Below, one piece after another: positions 25,570 to 39,500 of a DNA stretch of 64,000 nucleotides (position 1 is the stretch's first letter; every line of letters starts with the position of its first letter). The stretch comes from Octopus vulgaris. Its lineage: Eukaryota. Where the stretch lies: contig OX597817.1 of assembly GCA_951406725.2 (NCBI GenBank), forward strand, positions 146,568,001 to 146,632,000, read 5' to 3'. The notes beneath the pieces were generated by a model that saw only the letters and a program-made list of their open reading frames with translations, was not told where the DNA came from and did not search any database. The position numbers and the translations under genes are program-made.

Positions 25570-27531
25570 CAGGCTTCTTTCAGTTTTCGTCTACCAAATC
25601 CACTCACATGGCTTTGGTTGGCCCGAGGCTATAGTAGAAGACACTTGCCCAGGGTGCCATGCAGTGAAACTGGACCTGCAACCATGTGGTTGGTAAGCAA
25701 GCTACTTACCACACAGCCACTCCTGCACCTATATATATATTTTGAATGATAGATTTGATATTTATTGCATAGGAATGTTGGTATTTTGTGACTTATTTGA
25801 ACATTGATGGCTGGATAAATAGTAGCTGAGCAATGTGAAGATTGGTGAGATGTTGATTAGCTCCTGGGAGTATTTGTAAATCGTTTCTTACTCCTGATTC
25901 TAAGTAGGTGACATGATCATCTCCCTACTCTCGGTGCCATCATAGAATGTATCTGTATCCTCTGTAAATTGACTGGCATTAGGAGGGGTAGCCAGCTGCA
26001 GAAGCCATGCTGAAATTCAAATGTACAATTGCTTAATGGTTCTCTGCTTCGAAAAGATTATAATTCTGTTGTTCTTTGGCAAATAACTCATTTTTTTCCC
26101 ACTAACCTTTTAATCTAACATTGATATATAAACCTACATACCTAATGCAATCAGATTGAATGTGACTATATGGTGTAAAGATTATTTGCCAACATAATGT
26201 AGCAGTCCTGGCTAGGAGAAATGTTACTGCTATTTACGATGTTTCCTGGGGCTAAATAGCAGTAACATTCATCCTAGCCAGGACTGCCACATTATTTTGG
26301 CAAAAGTTTGGCAAATAATTTTTACTCTAGAGTTTTGTTACTGAAAGTCTCTCATTGGGAGATTTACAAATAATTTTCTATTTTATACATTTGGCCTTTT
26401 CAAGGAATAATTTTGTTTTGTTCCATACAAACTTGGAAAAATGGGTGTAAAACAATGTTGATAATGATGACAGGGAGATCTCATTTATCAACAGCCAATC
26501 CCTTTTAAATTTAGATTTTTTTGTAATAATTTTTCACTTGTACTAATATGGAGTTGATTTATGCCATCTGTTAAATGGCAAACCTTACTCTGTTTAATAA
26601 TGATGTATAAATTATTCGTGTGTATTTAAAACGAAAAATCCAAGCCAGAGTCTTGGAAACTACTTTGAGTAAGGTTTTAAATGTCTGAACATTATTGAAA
26701 ATATTACACATATTATAATAGTATTTGCAGTTTTAAGTATTAAAAAAATCTTTCAGCTTAATTTAATTTATAAATATATTTATCATATGTTGGTTGATAT
26801 AAAATGTTACTCTGTTCAAATTTAAACAACCATTTTAATTTTTCCAGCTTGTGAAGTCCATTTTGAAAACACTCCAGTTCCTGTAGAAAATGTTATTGGT
26901 CAAGTGGGTGAAGGATTTAAGGTGTGTATTTTTGGTATAAGTTTTTGCAACTTATATTTTTTAAATAATCCTTTAAAAATATTGATTTTTTTTTTTTATC
27001 TTACCTGGTTCACAGCCCAAATCCTCTGTTCCTACCCCTCTCTCAGCTGAGAGTTCTTTGTCTTGCAAGCTACTTGGCAACCCTGCTGGTGCCACCTACA
27101 TAGAAAGCACCCAGTACACTCCAGCAACTGGTTGGCATTAGGAAGGGTAGCCATCTATAGAAACCATACCAAACCAAACGACTGGAACCTAGTGTAGCTT
27201 TCTGGTTTTTCAGCTCTTATTGAACTGTCCAACCCATGCCAGCTTGGAAAATGAACATTAAATGATGATGATGAGATAAGGTACAAAGCTAATCTTTAAT
27301 GGAAGAGCTGGTTGATAGTATATTAGTTGTACTTTTCCATTTTTGATTCATGTAAGATTTAAACTCTGAGTAGTAAAGTAATGAAATAGTCACAAGGTCA
27401 ACATTCCATAGTCTTAGTCATCTTTACCACTCTATAACTTTTACCAATTATTAATGATATAAAAATATATATGTACTTATGTTTTGAGTTCTATTTTCCT
27501 GTGTGTATCACCAAATGAGAATATATATGTA

Positions 27532-27575
<44 letters not shown>

Positions 27576-30500
27576 TAGCAACCATTATATTCTAATTAAT
27601 GTGCCATAATACTGTGGTATTCATCTTGAGAAAACATCTTGTATAGATATATTGAGCTAAAAAACATTGAAGTATCAGAAGCAGATAGAAAATGTCCAGC
27701 ATTAGCAGTGGAGCATCATCAGTAGTAGATATTCCACTAGCTAAATGTCACCGCTACTGATATAAATAAAAATGCTAACTAATCAGCCATTAGTGTTGAA
27801 AAATAACTAATTTTTACCAAGTCTGCCAGCTATTTGTGACACCAATTAATCAATATTTTTTCTATACATCAGTAGTGATGAAGTTTGCTAGCCTGTGGTA
27901 GTCGTCGGTATCAGTTGCTGCTGATGTGTTAACATTCAGAAATCATGTGATCTCAAAGTTCCACCACTGGTGCTGGACATTTTTCATCCACTGCTGATAC
28001 TTCTGTGTGTTTTAGTTCAATACATCAATATGAAATCCCTTTTCAAGATGAATGCTACAGTATTATGACATCCTTAAAGTACATCCACATTAAGTAGGAT
28101 ATAAAAATTGTTATTGTGTACTAATACTGCTTCCATCATTAATAACTAATACACACACACACAAATACATAAAGTTGTGTCAGAAGTGTTTTTTTGATTT
28201 TCACTGATGATTTTTAGTCACTTAAGTCTCCATGTATCTAATTAATTTGTTACAACTTGTTCAATCATTGCTTAATTGTTTATTCTTCAAAGGCAATGAC
28301 TAGTGACCGAGACCTTTGGTGATACGCTGTGCTTGAGAAGACCTGTCAAGCCAAGAGAAATCATAGTTGTGGCTGATGTTGGTATCATGTAACAGGCACC
28401 TGTGCCAGTGGAATGTAGAAAGCACCTTTTGAGTGTTGGGCCTCATGGAGGCAAAGTGGTTGATGCTGGTGAAATGCTCCTATCGAGTGTTTTGCCCCAT
28501 GAAGGCAATGACCGAAACCTTTGAAGTATGTCATGCTTGAGAAGAAGACCCATCATACCAAGTAAAATTGCAGTCATGGTAGATACTGGTACCATGCAAA
28601 TGGCACCCATGCCAGTGGCATGTAAAAGCACCCATTACACTCTTGGAGTGGTTGGCATTAGGAAGGGCATCCAGCTGTAGAAACCATGCCAGATCAGACT
28701 GGAGTCTGGTGCTGCCTTCTGGCTTACCAGCCCTGGTCAAACCATCCAAACCATGCCAGCATGGACAACGGACACTAAATGATGATGAGGATGATGACAT
28801 ATAAACACTGTTTATTTTATAGCTTTGTTAATGAGTGGTGACAAAAATTGCAATTAGAGCCATTTTATGCTATCTGTGGAAAAAGGGACTGAGTGCAAAG
28901 GAAAAAGAAATTAATGATGTGGAAGGCCCAGGAAGTGTAGTGTCAATGAACACATGGCACAAAACTGGTTCAGATGATTCCAGACTGGAAGGCAAACCAA
29001 AGTCAGGGAGACCTTCTGTTGTGGGAGATAAGACATTGCTTGAAATAGTTGAACAGCCAAGCACTTGTACGTTGTTGGCAGAACTTGGTCCTTTACAAAA
29101 TACCATCTATTGACAACTCCATAAGCCAGGCCTTGTGAAAAGACACCATCAAGAAGCTCCTCATGAACTGATCAATGGCTGGGCTCATCAACATGTGAAC
29201 ATTTGCAAACAACAGCTGGCGAATCCTTGAGATGCCTATCTTTTTGTGTTAAATTGTACCTGGGGATGAAAACTGGATCTATTTTCATAATTCTAATAAG
29301 AGAAATCAGTGGCTTTGTTCCAGCCAGGCTTCAAGAACCTGTTGTCAAACAAAGGCAGTTTGAGCAGAAGGTCCTGTTGTGCTTTTGGTGGAATTTCAAG
29401 AGAATATTGCACTTTGAGCTTGTCCCAAATCATCATGCTGTGAATGCTAACCTTTATGCACAACAACTGTAGCAAGTCTATGGTGCTTTGAAAGTCAGCT
29501 GCGTGGCATTGGTCAATTGGAGATGCAAACTCCTACAGCATAACAATGCCTCAGCAGACAGTTCTCATGTGACCTAGTGCAAACTTGAAGAACTTGATGG
29601 GCTGGAATTGATGTCTCACCCTGCCTACAGTCTCAGATTACCACCTTTTCCAAGCCTGCATGGAAAATAGGTGCAGGGCGTTTTTTGCATTCTAAACTAG
29701 CCAAATAATATAAGCTTGGAATTAAGCTTCTAACACAACGATAGAATAAGGGGGGATATATTTTGATGAATAAGCACTTCTTGTATATAATTTGAAATAT
29801 TAATTAACACTAGAAATACCAAAAAACTTTTGGTTCAACCTGGTATATATATAGATGCTAAATGATGATGCTGATGATATACATACCTATATATATATAT
29901 ATATATATGAAAAATTTAAGATATCTGTTTATATAGATTTAGTTTGTATTAATGACTTACTGTAGACTATGTATTTAATAATGCATATGTTTTCATTAAT
30001 TTTCAGGGCAGAGGAGTAAAACTAACTCTTGGCATTTGAGTATTAGCTTAATTTTGATTAATACCACTATTTTCCCCTCTATTACTAAGAACTCTTTTGC
30101 TTTTTAGATTGCAGTCAATATTCTTAACAGTGGTCGGTTCAGTATGGGGAGTTCCAACTCTGGCGCCCTCAAGAAGCTTCTGGGTAAATCTTTAAATATA
30201 TTTTTCTTCTCTGTTATTTCTCATTACTGTGTTATAATTACAGAAGTAGTAAGGTGGCGAGCTGACAGAAATGTTAGTACACATGGCGAAATACTTAGGC
30301 GTATTTCGTCTGCCTTAATGTTCTGAGTTCAAATTCCGCCGAGGTTGACTTTGCATTTCATCCTTTCGGGGTCAATAAATTAAGTACCAATTGCATATTG
30401 GTGTCGATTTAATCAACTGGCCCCCTCTCCCAAAATGTCAGGCCTTGTGCCTAGAGTAGAAAAAAAAAGAAAATAATTACAGAAGTGATGATGATAATAG

Positions 30501-33500
30501 TATTTGTTTATTTCTTTATATTTTGATTTTTGATTTTTCTAGTTTCAGCTCATGAGCTGTGGCCATGCTGGGGCACCACCATTTGTTTTATTATTGCATA
30601 TATATACATATATATATAAACATTATTATTACTAAATCTCTCAAATGTGGCAGTCTTGGATGGGGCGAATGTTACTGTTGTTTAGCCCCAGGAGACATCA
30701 TTTCCAGCTGGGTATATGACACAATATCTATGTCCTTATATTTTCGAACAGGGGAGCTTAGCACCCCCATCCAGCATAAAGCAACATTTGTGGACTGGTT
30801 TCTGGGTTATTTGCTCTTTCTCAGCACAGAGTAGCTGCTTGGCTAGATGGCGCTGCTGAATTCCCGTATTGAAGTATATTGATAGATATATGAATGCATT
30901 GTTTCTGACTTATGGACTCTTAGACAACTTACATGTGTGTATGCATATGTATTTATTTAAGGATGTAGTATAATACATGTGGCAATATTTGTCTTGAGGG
31001 CCACAAAGCCATGTTTCGTAACTGTTCAGGTGGTTAACAATTTTGTTTCCAAACTATGTGGCTTTGGGTTCAGTCCTATTGTGTGACACCTTGGCAAATG
31101 TCTTTTTTGTTGCCCTAGGCTGACCAATGACTTATGCAGCTATTTGGTGGATGGAAACAAAAAAAAAACCTGTTGTGTGTCTGTGTTTGTATATAATGTG
31201 TGTGTCTGTATATATGTGTGTATATATTGGGTAATCTCATAAATAATGTGGTTTTCAATTGCATGAACTAAAAGCCAAAGAGGGACAACTGGTTTCAGCC
31301 GGGATGGTAACGAAAGGGTTAAGAATATTTAGTTCATTAGAATGCATATTTTATTAAAGTAAATTAATTGTATATTTATTGCAGCAAGCACCACTGAACA
31401 TACAATCACCCGATCTCAGTTTGGGAAAAAACTCTATGAGTTTGGAATCATCAAGGTATTTCCTTTTTTGCATTTGTTGTTCTTGTATTTGTTGCAGTTT
31501 TAATTTTCCTTTGTTTTACTTTATTTAATTTTGGTGGTTTAGGTTTAAAAAAATTTTATGGAAGTTTCCACATTTAACTATGCTAACTCAATTTTTGACC
31601 ATGTCAAATTAATTTATTAAACTTCCCTATAACATTGTTATGAGTACTGTTTATTGTAATTGTGAGATTTTGTATTTAATAGTAGTAATGTTGGGGCTTG
31701 CACTGTAATAGCATGTTGCTGCATCCACCATTTGTTGGTGATTTCCCGCTGCTATTAGATGACATCTTTGCATCACACAGATGACAACCCTCCAGTCTGT
31801 GGGTCTATTTTGGGTAATAAATGCTGGAAAGGGTTTCACGAGGTTGGAGTGAAAATCCTCTCTCAACCGCTTTTAGTTGCCTTTTACAACATACAGAGGA
31901 AACGTTAGGTCTACTCCTTGACATACTTGTCCCCACATAGCACTAGAACAATATGAAATGAAGATTTTGCTCAGGAACACATGCCACCAAGCCTGGGAAT
32001 CAAACCCATAATCACCAGATTGTGAGTGCAACACCTTCATCACTAGGCCTTTTTCTTCACATTTGTATTTGGTACTCATGGATAGCACAAGTGTTTATCA
32101 ATTTGAAATGGTCCAAAGGAACAGTCTTGAAAATTATCTTAATTTTCAAGAATGTTCCTGTTGATTTGCACAGGAAAACTGGAATTTCATATTAAAAATA
32201 TTGGGTTCAAAGTGTTCAGCCATTTCAATATCCCAGATGTTTCTCTCTTGACACTTATTGGTGAAATACTTAAGTGATAGGGAGTGCTTTGGAGAAGAAA
32301 AACATGTCTGAATTGTCAGGGATGACTGGCTCCTGTGCCAGTGGCACATAAAAAAGCACCATCTGAATGTGGTTGATGCCAGTGCTGCCTGACTGGCTCC
32401 CGTGCTGGTGGCACGTAAAAATCACCCTCTACACTCTTGGAATTGTTGGCGTTAGGAAAGGCATCCAGCTGTAGAATCATTGCCAGATCAGATTGGAGCC
32501 TGGTGCAGCCTACTGGCTTGCCATTCCCCAGTCAAACCGTCCAACCCATGCCAGCATGGAAAGTGGATGTTAAATGGTGGTGGTGATTTCTTCTTCAATC
32601 ATACTCTTAAATTGTAATGTTGATGTGATGGGAGTCATAATTTCAATATTTAAACTAATGCCTGAACTAAAAAACAAACTTTACAGAAGAGTAAAGGACT
32701 TTTATTGTTTGTCTTGGTTTTACAGTAAGTTAGCTTAGCAATTATGTTCCTAGAAAGACATGTTGCAGACTTCTTTGTTTTCTGTGAAAGAATCAATACT
32801 TAGAGGACAGGTATGACTTCTCTGGAAACACTTTTCATAACAAATTGTTAAAACATTATCCAGCAAGTCCAATAACCTTTTGGAGAAGATATGTATGTGT
32901 GTGTGTGTTTGTTTTATTATATTCAGTTATGATAAAAACAATTTTACATTAATCTGATGGCCAGGCGAGGCTGGCAACGGACACGAAACGGGGGTGGCAC
33001 ATAAAAAGCACCATCCGTTCGTGGCCGTTTGCCAGCTCTGTCTGGCACCTGTGCGGGTGGCACGTAAAAAGCACCCACTACACTCACGGAGTGGTTGGTG
33101 TTAGGAAGGGCATCCAGCCGTAGAAACACTGCCAGATTTGACTGGGCCTGATGAAGCCTTCTGGCTTCACAGACCCCAGTAGAACCGTCCAACCCATGCT
33201 AGCATGGAAAACGGACGCTAAACGATGATGATGGGTTACAAAATCTACTACCACTTGACAATCTATAGCGAGCTGGCAGAAGCGTTAGTGCGCCTGATTA
33301 AATGATTAACTGTATTTCTTCTGTCTTTACGTTAGGCACAAGAGTGGCTGTGTGGTAAGTAGCTTGCTTCCCAACCACATGATTCTGGGTTCAGTCCCAC
33401 TGCGTGGCACCTTGGGCAAGTGTCTTTTACTATAGCCTCAGGCTGACCAAAGCCTTGTGAGTGGATTTGGTAGACGGAAACTGAAAGAAGCCCGTTGTAT

Positions 33501-36500
33501 ATATGTATGTATAAATGTGTGTTTGTGTGTCTGTGTTTGTCCCCACAACATTGCTTGACAACTGATGTTTGTGTATTTACGTCCCTGTAACTTAGCGGTT
33601 CGGCAAAAAGAGACTGATAGAATAAGTACTAGGCTTACGAAGAATAAGTCCTGGGGTTGATTTGCTCAATTAAAAGCGGTGCTCCAGCATGGCCACAGTC
33701 AAATGACTGAAACGAATAAAAGAGTATTAAAAGAGTACAAATTTATTATTCTTAAACAAGAATATTATTCACAATGACTGCAAAGTTTCAGCCAGTTAAT
33801 CCCTTATTTGCTGAAACTTAACTGGCCGAAACTCTGAAATCACTGTCAAGAATAATCTTGTTTAAGAATAATATATAGATATGATATCCTTTGGAATAAT
33901 GCTATCTTTGGTCTAAAAGCATTGGTGTCTTCAGAAAAACACTGATGTGAAAAAGCTGTTAATGTTTGTATTTTCTATTTTCAGGAGAAGTTGGCAAATA
34001 TTACTGTGAATATCTATGTGATGGAAAGTATGGCTTACATGACATCTGGGATTATAGACAGCTATCCTGATGTGGATGTTTCTTTAGAGGCAGCTATTGT
34101 CAAGGTAAGGATAGACATGTGTAGTGTATAAATAAATAGATTTCTTAATAAGTGGGCTGGGTGTAACCAGCCCACTTATGCATACCTTTCCTTCATTGGA
34201 CACTAAACTCTGCTTGCGAAGACCTGTTGAGGCAAGTGAAATCGAAATCAAATTCGATGACTGGCATCCATGCTAGTGGAGCGCTAAGAGCACCACCCGA
34301 GCATGATCGTTGCTAGAGCAGCTAACTGGCCTCCGTGCCAGTGGCATGTAAAAAGCACCATTCAAGCGTGATCGTTACCAGCGTCACCTTACTGGCACTT
34401 GTGCTGGTGGCACATGAAAAAACATTCGAGCAAGGTCATTACCAGTGCCACTAGACTGGCTCCTGTGCAAGTGGCACGTAAAAAACACTATTTGAGCATG
34501 GCCCTCCTGACTGGCCCTCGTGCCAGTGGAATGTAAAAGCACCCACTACACTCTTGTAGTGGTTGGAGTTAGGAAGGGTATCCAGCTGTAGAAACTCTGC
34601 CAGATCAGATTGGAGCCTGGTGCAGCCATCTGGTTCGCCAGTCCTCAGTCAAATCGTCCAACCCATGCCTGCATGGAAAGCGGATGTTAAACGATGATGA
34701 TGATGAATTCTTTGTGTTTCACTGGGAAAATATGTATGCATGGACCACTGCTGAAATTCTGTCAGCTTTTCAATTACAAATATTTTAGAAAAAAATTATT
34801 TATTAATATAAGGTGAAAATGTAATTTATTCAAAAACTTGCCTTATGTAGGTGCAGGCATGGCTGTATGGTTAGGGAGCTCACTTTGCAACCATATGGTA
34901 TTGGATTCAGTCCCACTGTACAGCAAGTCTCTTCTACTATAGCTCTGGGCTGACCGATGCTTTGTGAGTGAATCTAGTACATGGAGACTATGTTGAAGCC
35001 TGTTGTGCATTTGTCCCACCACCACTTGACAACTGTTGTTGGTTTGTTTATGTCGCTTTAACTTAGCAGTTTGAGAAAAGAAACTGATAGAATAAATACC
35101 AAACTTGGGTTGATTTGTTTGACTAAACAAATGTGGTGCTCCAGCATGGCTGCAGTCCAATGACTGAAACAAGCTGAAGACAAAAAGTAAAAGGGAATAT
35201 TTCCTAGACTGTATCATATATTCTCTCGATCTTAATCCTTGGTTGCCATGATAAAATCAAGTGGAAGAAATGTGACAGGAGTTCCAAAGTATTAAGTTTT
35301 TGGTATTCTATTCATTTGCAACATGGTTTTCTCATTTGAAATGACTTCATTTATACTATTATTCCCTGAGGAAGGCATGAACATCACAAACTCCCTTGTT
35401 ACTTTAGTTAAAAATCTCAGTTTTTTTGTAGGTGAAAAGAATTGTCTTGAAATATATTTCATGGAAAATGAATAATTTTCTCTACCTGAAAAACACTGGT
35501 ATTGTTATTGTGGTCAATGAGTTTCCAGTGAAATGTATATAAGCAGGACTTTCATCCTGTTGTAGGCTGTAAGCCAGAATAGATTATATTGAAATAGTAC
35601 GGTATGCAATAATACCCAATATTATTAAAAAATTAAAAAAAAAACTACTGGAAATGCATGACTTTTGGGTCTGCTGTAGGCAATGTGTTTTTTGTGGGGT
35701 CTGGGAGTAGCAGATGGAAAGGTCACCCTCGGCAGCACACACTCCAGCAACGCTAGTGATTCCAACTCACAGTTTCCTCATATTCATGTTCAAGGAATAG
35801 TTATTTGTTGCCTGTGTTATTGAGATACTTTAGGGAATGTTCAGAGAGAGACAGTGAGTGAAAGTTATTAAAATATTAAGCTTTTTGTTTAAATTTAATA
35901 ATTAAGTTATAAAAATTATCATTCTCTCTTTCTACTGTAATTCAGTTGAAAGGGATCTTAGTTGTGTGGACTCTATGGTGAGCTCACTAGTATTGGCGCC
36001 ATGAAAAAAGCACCCAGTACTCTATGTAAAGTGGCTGTCATTAGGAAGGGTATCCAGCCATTGGAGCATAACAAAGTCCTCTGACCCTTTAGATTCTGTT
36101 AAACCATCCAATCCATGCCATTTAATCCTAAGACGAATGTTAGATGATGATGATTATCGTCGATCCATTTCAGATCATAAAAACTTTGGCTGTGACCACT
36201 CCAGCTCCACCTCTCTCCTCCCACCAGCACTGCATTCCCAAGTAGCCCCTAAACCCTTTCTTTCTTTCTCATTACTTTTCCTTCTTCATGTTTTCCCATT
36301 CTTTCCTTTCCTATTTTCTGATGGAGGATTATTGTCTGAAATGTCAAGACTTTACAGCATGAAACTAATACAACATTTGTAAAAACATTTCCCTCTCATT
36401 TTGTCTTTTTTTTTTTTTGCTCATTACCTAATATATACATATGTATATATAACTATTTTTGTTTTCAGATATTCAGTTCAGAAAAGGCATGGGATTCCAC

Positions 36501-39500
36501 AAGTGAATGTTTACAGATTCTTGGAGGATTGGGTTACATGAAAGAATATCCATATCAAAGGTCTCTACGTGATTGCCGTATATGTATGATATTTGAAGTA
36601 AGTCCTCAGTTATAAGGGTTTTCTATTATTCTAACTGAAACCTTAACTTTCTTAAACTGAACCATAATTTGAATGGTATCTATTGTCATTCTTTACTCTG
36701 AGAATGTTCAGAAGAGTCTCAAAACTGTAACAGATTGTAGCGATTCTGTTGAACATGACAAACATTGGTTTTTGCCATGCATTCTCTTGTTGACTTACAG
36801 CAGTGTTTCTCAACTGTTTTTTTTTTTTTTAATTTATGGACCCCCTTTTTTTCCTACTGGACTCCCATAGACATTTGAAGTTTAAAAAATCCCATTATAT
36901 TTTTATAATCAAATATTATTAGGAATTGTATAAAAGAAAATTGTTAAAATATTTTGTACAATGTAGAAGTATGGCCAGTTTGTTACTCATATTTAACAAC
37001 TAAATTTTATATGGGTTGAGGTGTATAGCTTAGTGGTTAGGCTGTTGGACTCATGGTTGTAAGATTGTAGTTTCCATTCCTGGACTGGGCAGTGTGTTGT
37101 GTTCTTGAGCAAAACACTTAATTTCACAATGCCCTAGTCCACTCATTAAGGTAGTCCTGCAATGGATTGGCGTCTATCCAGGAAAGAATATATAGAATAG
37201 AGATACCAGGAAACCAGCTCTATGCTCCTTACAGGGTAATGTGCACTAACCAAATCTTATATGGACTCTGGTTAAGAACCACTGACTTATGGAGAAAGAA
37301 TTACATCTACTGTGGATTGATTGCAATCCACATTAGATATGTCCATTGGGATTGATGTATTCTCATCAATAACAATGCAGTAACCCCTTTGATATCAACC
37401 TGCCCAAGACTGTCCTTGATTCTATGACACAAACTTACTGTTTTAAAGGCTCTGATTTAAAAACCTATCAAAAAGTTCCAAACAGCAGATAAATAAGGAC
37501 AAAATGATTTTACTAATTTTTTTGGTTATTTTAAACAGAAACTGAAAGAAGGGCAGTGTATTTCAATGGAAATATGATCATGAAAATGTTAAGAAATAGT
37601 AAAATGGATGCTAATATGTTTAATATAGTGAAATTTGAATTGTTAAAAATTATGCCTGTACTCTGGAGAGAAAAAAAAATCTTTTCCATAATTAATTCTA
37701 CTCAAGTAAGGTAAGGGAGACAACCCTGGAATTTAAATGAATTGAAAATAAAATGTAGTAAGGAATGGGTCTCGTCATTGTCAGTGCAATGACAACATCG
37801 GACATGTTTCAGTCTTTTTCGATGTCATCAATGAAGTTTAATCCAACTTATTGCTCCCATATCTTAAAATGGCTTGAGAGAATATAGGAATTTGGTCAAT
37901 GGAATTAAATGGAATGGCTAGGAAGAAAATACCCAGAGGCATGTGCTGTATGAAAAACTAATAGTAAAGTGGATGTTATGCTTATTATAGTGAGCGAAAA
38001 AAATTGAATTAAAATAACCTGCTTAGTGAGGAGAAATCATCATAAATGTAATGGTCAATTCCGATAAAAAATGTAGGGGAGGTAACTTTTGAATTTAAAT
38101 TGATGAAAAATAGAATACGGTGTGGTAAGCTTGATGTTCATAGTGAATATATTTCAACTTTATAAGACCTCATTAACAATTCCTTTTATGACTTGGATTA
38201 TCTTGTAGAACTTTTAGTGTAAGACAAATTAAAGAGAAAATGTTTTTATGTTTAGAATGTGCATTGGCCTAAAATATTTTTTCTGCTCTCAAGAAGAGCA
38301 TGCATCTGAATCGGTAGATTTTCTTTCACTTCTCAAGGTAAATTAGCTCACTTTGATTTTTTTTTTGCTTATGAACTTATGTAACTTGTTGGTTCCTATC
38401 AAACTGTCCACGCCAGTGCATGGAAGATGGATATTAAACAATGATGATGTTGATGTTCTAGACTTGTTGGAGATATCTTTTTTTCCCAAGAAATCTGATT
38501 GTATGCCTTAATACTAAATATGTTGTCATAGCGTCATAACCAATAGATTTTGAAATTGTTATGCAAATTTTTGATTTAATTAACTATATTTTTGTTGGAG
38601 CAGTTTGATAGTTCTAATTTAATTTAATCTTTTTTTATTTTCTAGGGAACCAATGAAATTTTGAGGCTGTTTGTTGGACTCACTGGTTTAAAACATGCTG
38701 GTGTATCTTTGAAGGAACTTATCAAGTGAGTAGAATTTATTTTAATTTACCATGAGTTTGTGGAATCTGTAACCATCTCATCTTATTTTTAGAAAAAAAC
38801 TCTATCTAGAACTTCATTAGTAAATGTTTTCTATTTTTAAGATGTTGTATATTACTAGGACTGATACATATTATTCCCTCTGTGGTAATGTAAAGTGAAG
38901 ACTATTCAATTCATTTACTGAGTTAGCAAATGAGAGATGTTGAACTAATTACAAGGCAGCACCAACATCCTCTCAATGATTAACCAGAGATGATTTTTAA
39001 AAGCGAGCTGGCAGAAACGTTAGCACGCTGGGCAAAGTGCTTAGCAGTATTTCATCTGCCAAGGTCGACTTTGCCTTTCATCCTTTTGGGGTCGATAAAT
39101 TAAGTACCAGTTACGCACTGGGGTCGATATAATCAACTTAATCACTTTGTTTGTCCCCTCTGTGTTTAGCCCCTTGTGGGCAATAAAGAAATAAGAAATA
39201 AGAGATGATTTTTAAAATGAGAATATCTGAAATAAACTCGATTGCTGTCTTCTACTCAAGAATTTTTAAATGAATAGCATGAGGCCTTTTGGTTTTCTCT
39301 TCTCTTAAATTATTGCCTTCCTTTCGTATTCCTGTTGGTTTAGATCGATGTATAGGATTATGTATGTATGGAAGTATACTGTAAAGTGTTATGTAATATA
39401 AGGGAGATAATCAGAGAAAAACTTCATGTAAAGTAAATATAACAAATAATCCGGAATCTTTGTCCTGTCCCGGATCAATCCCAAAATCTAATCAGTCCGT

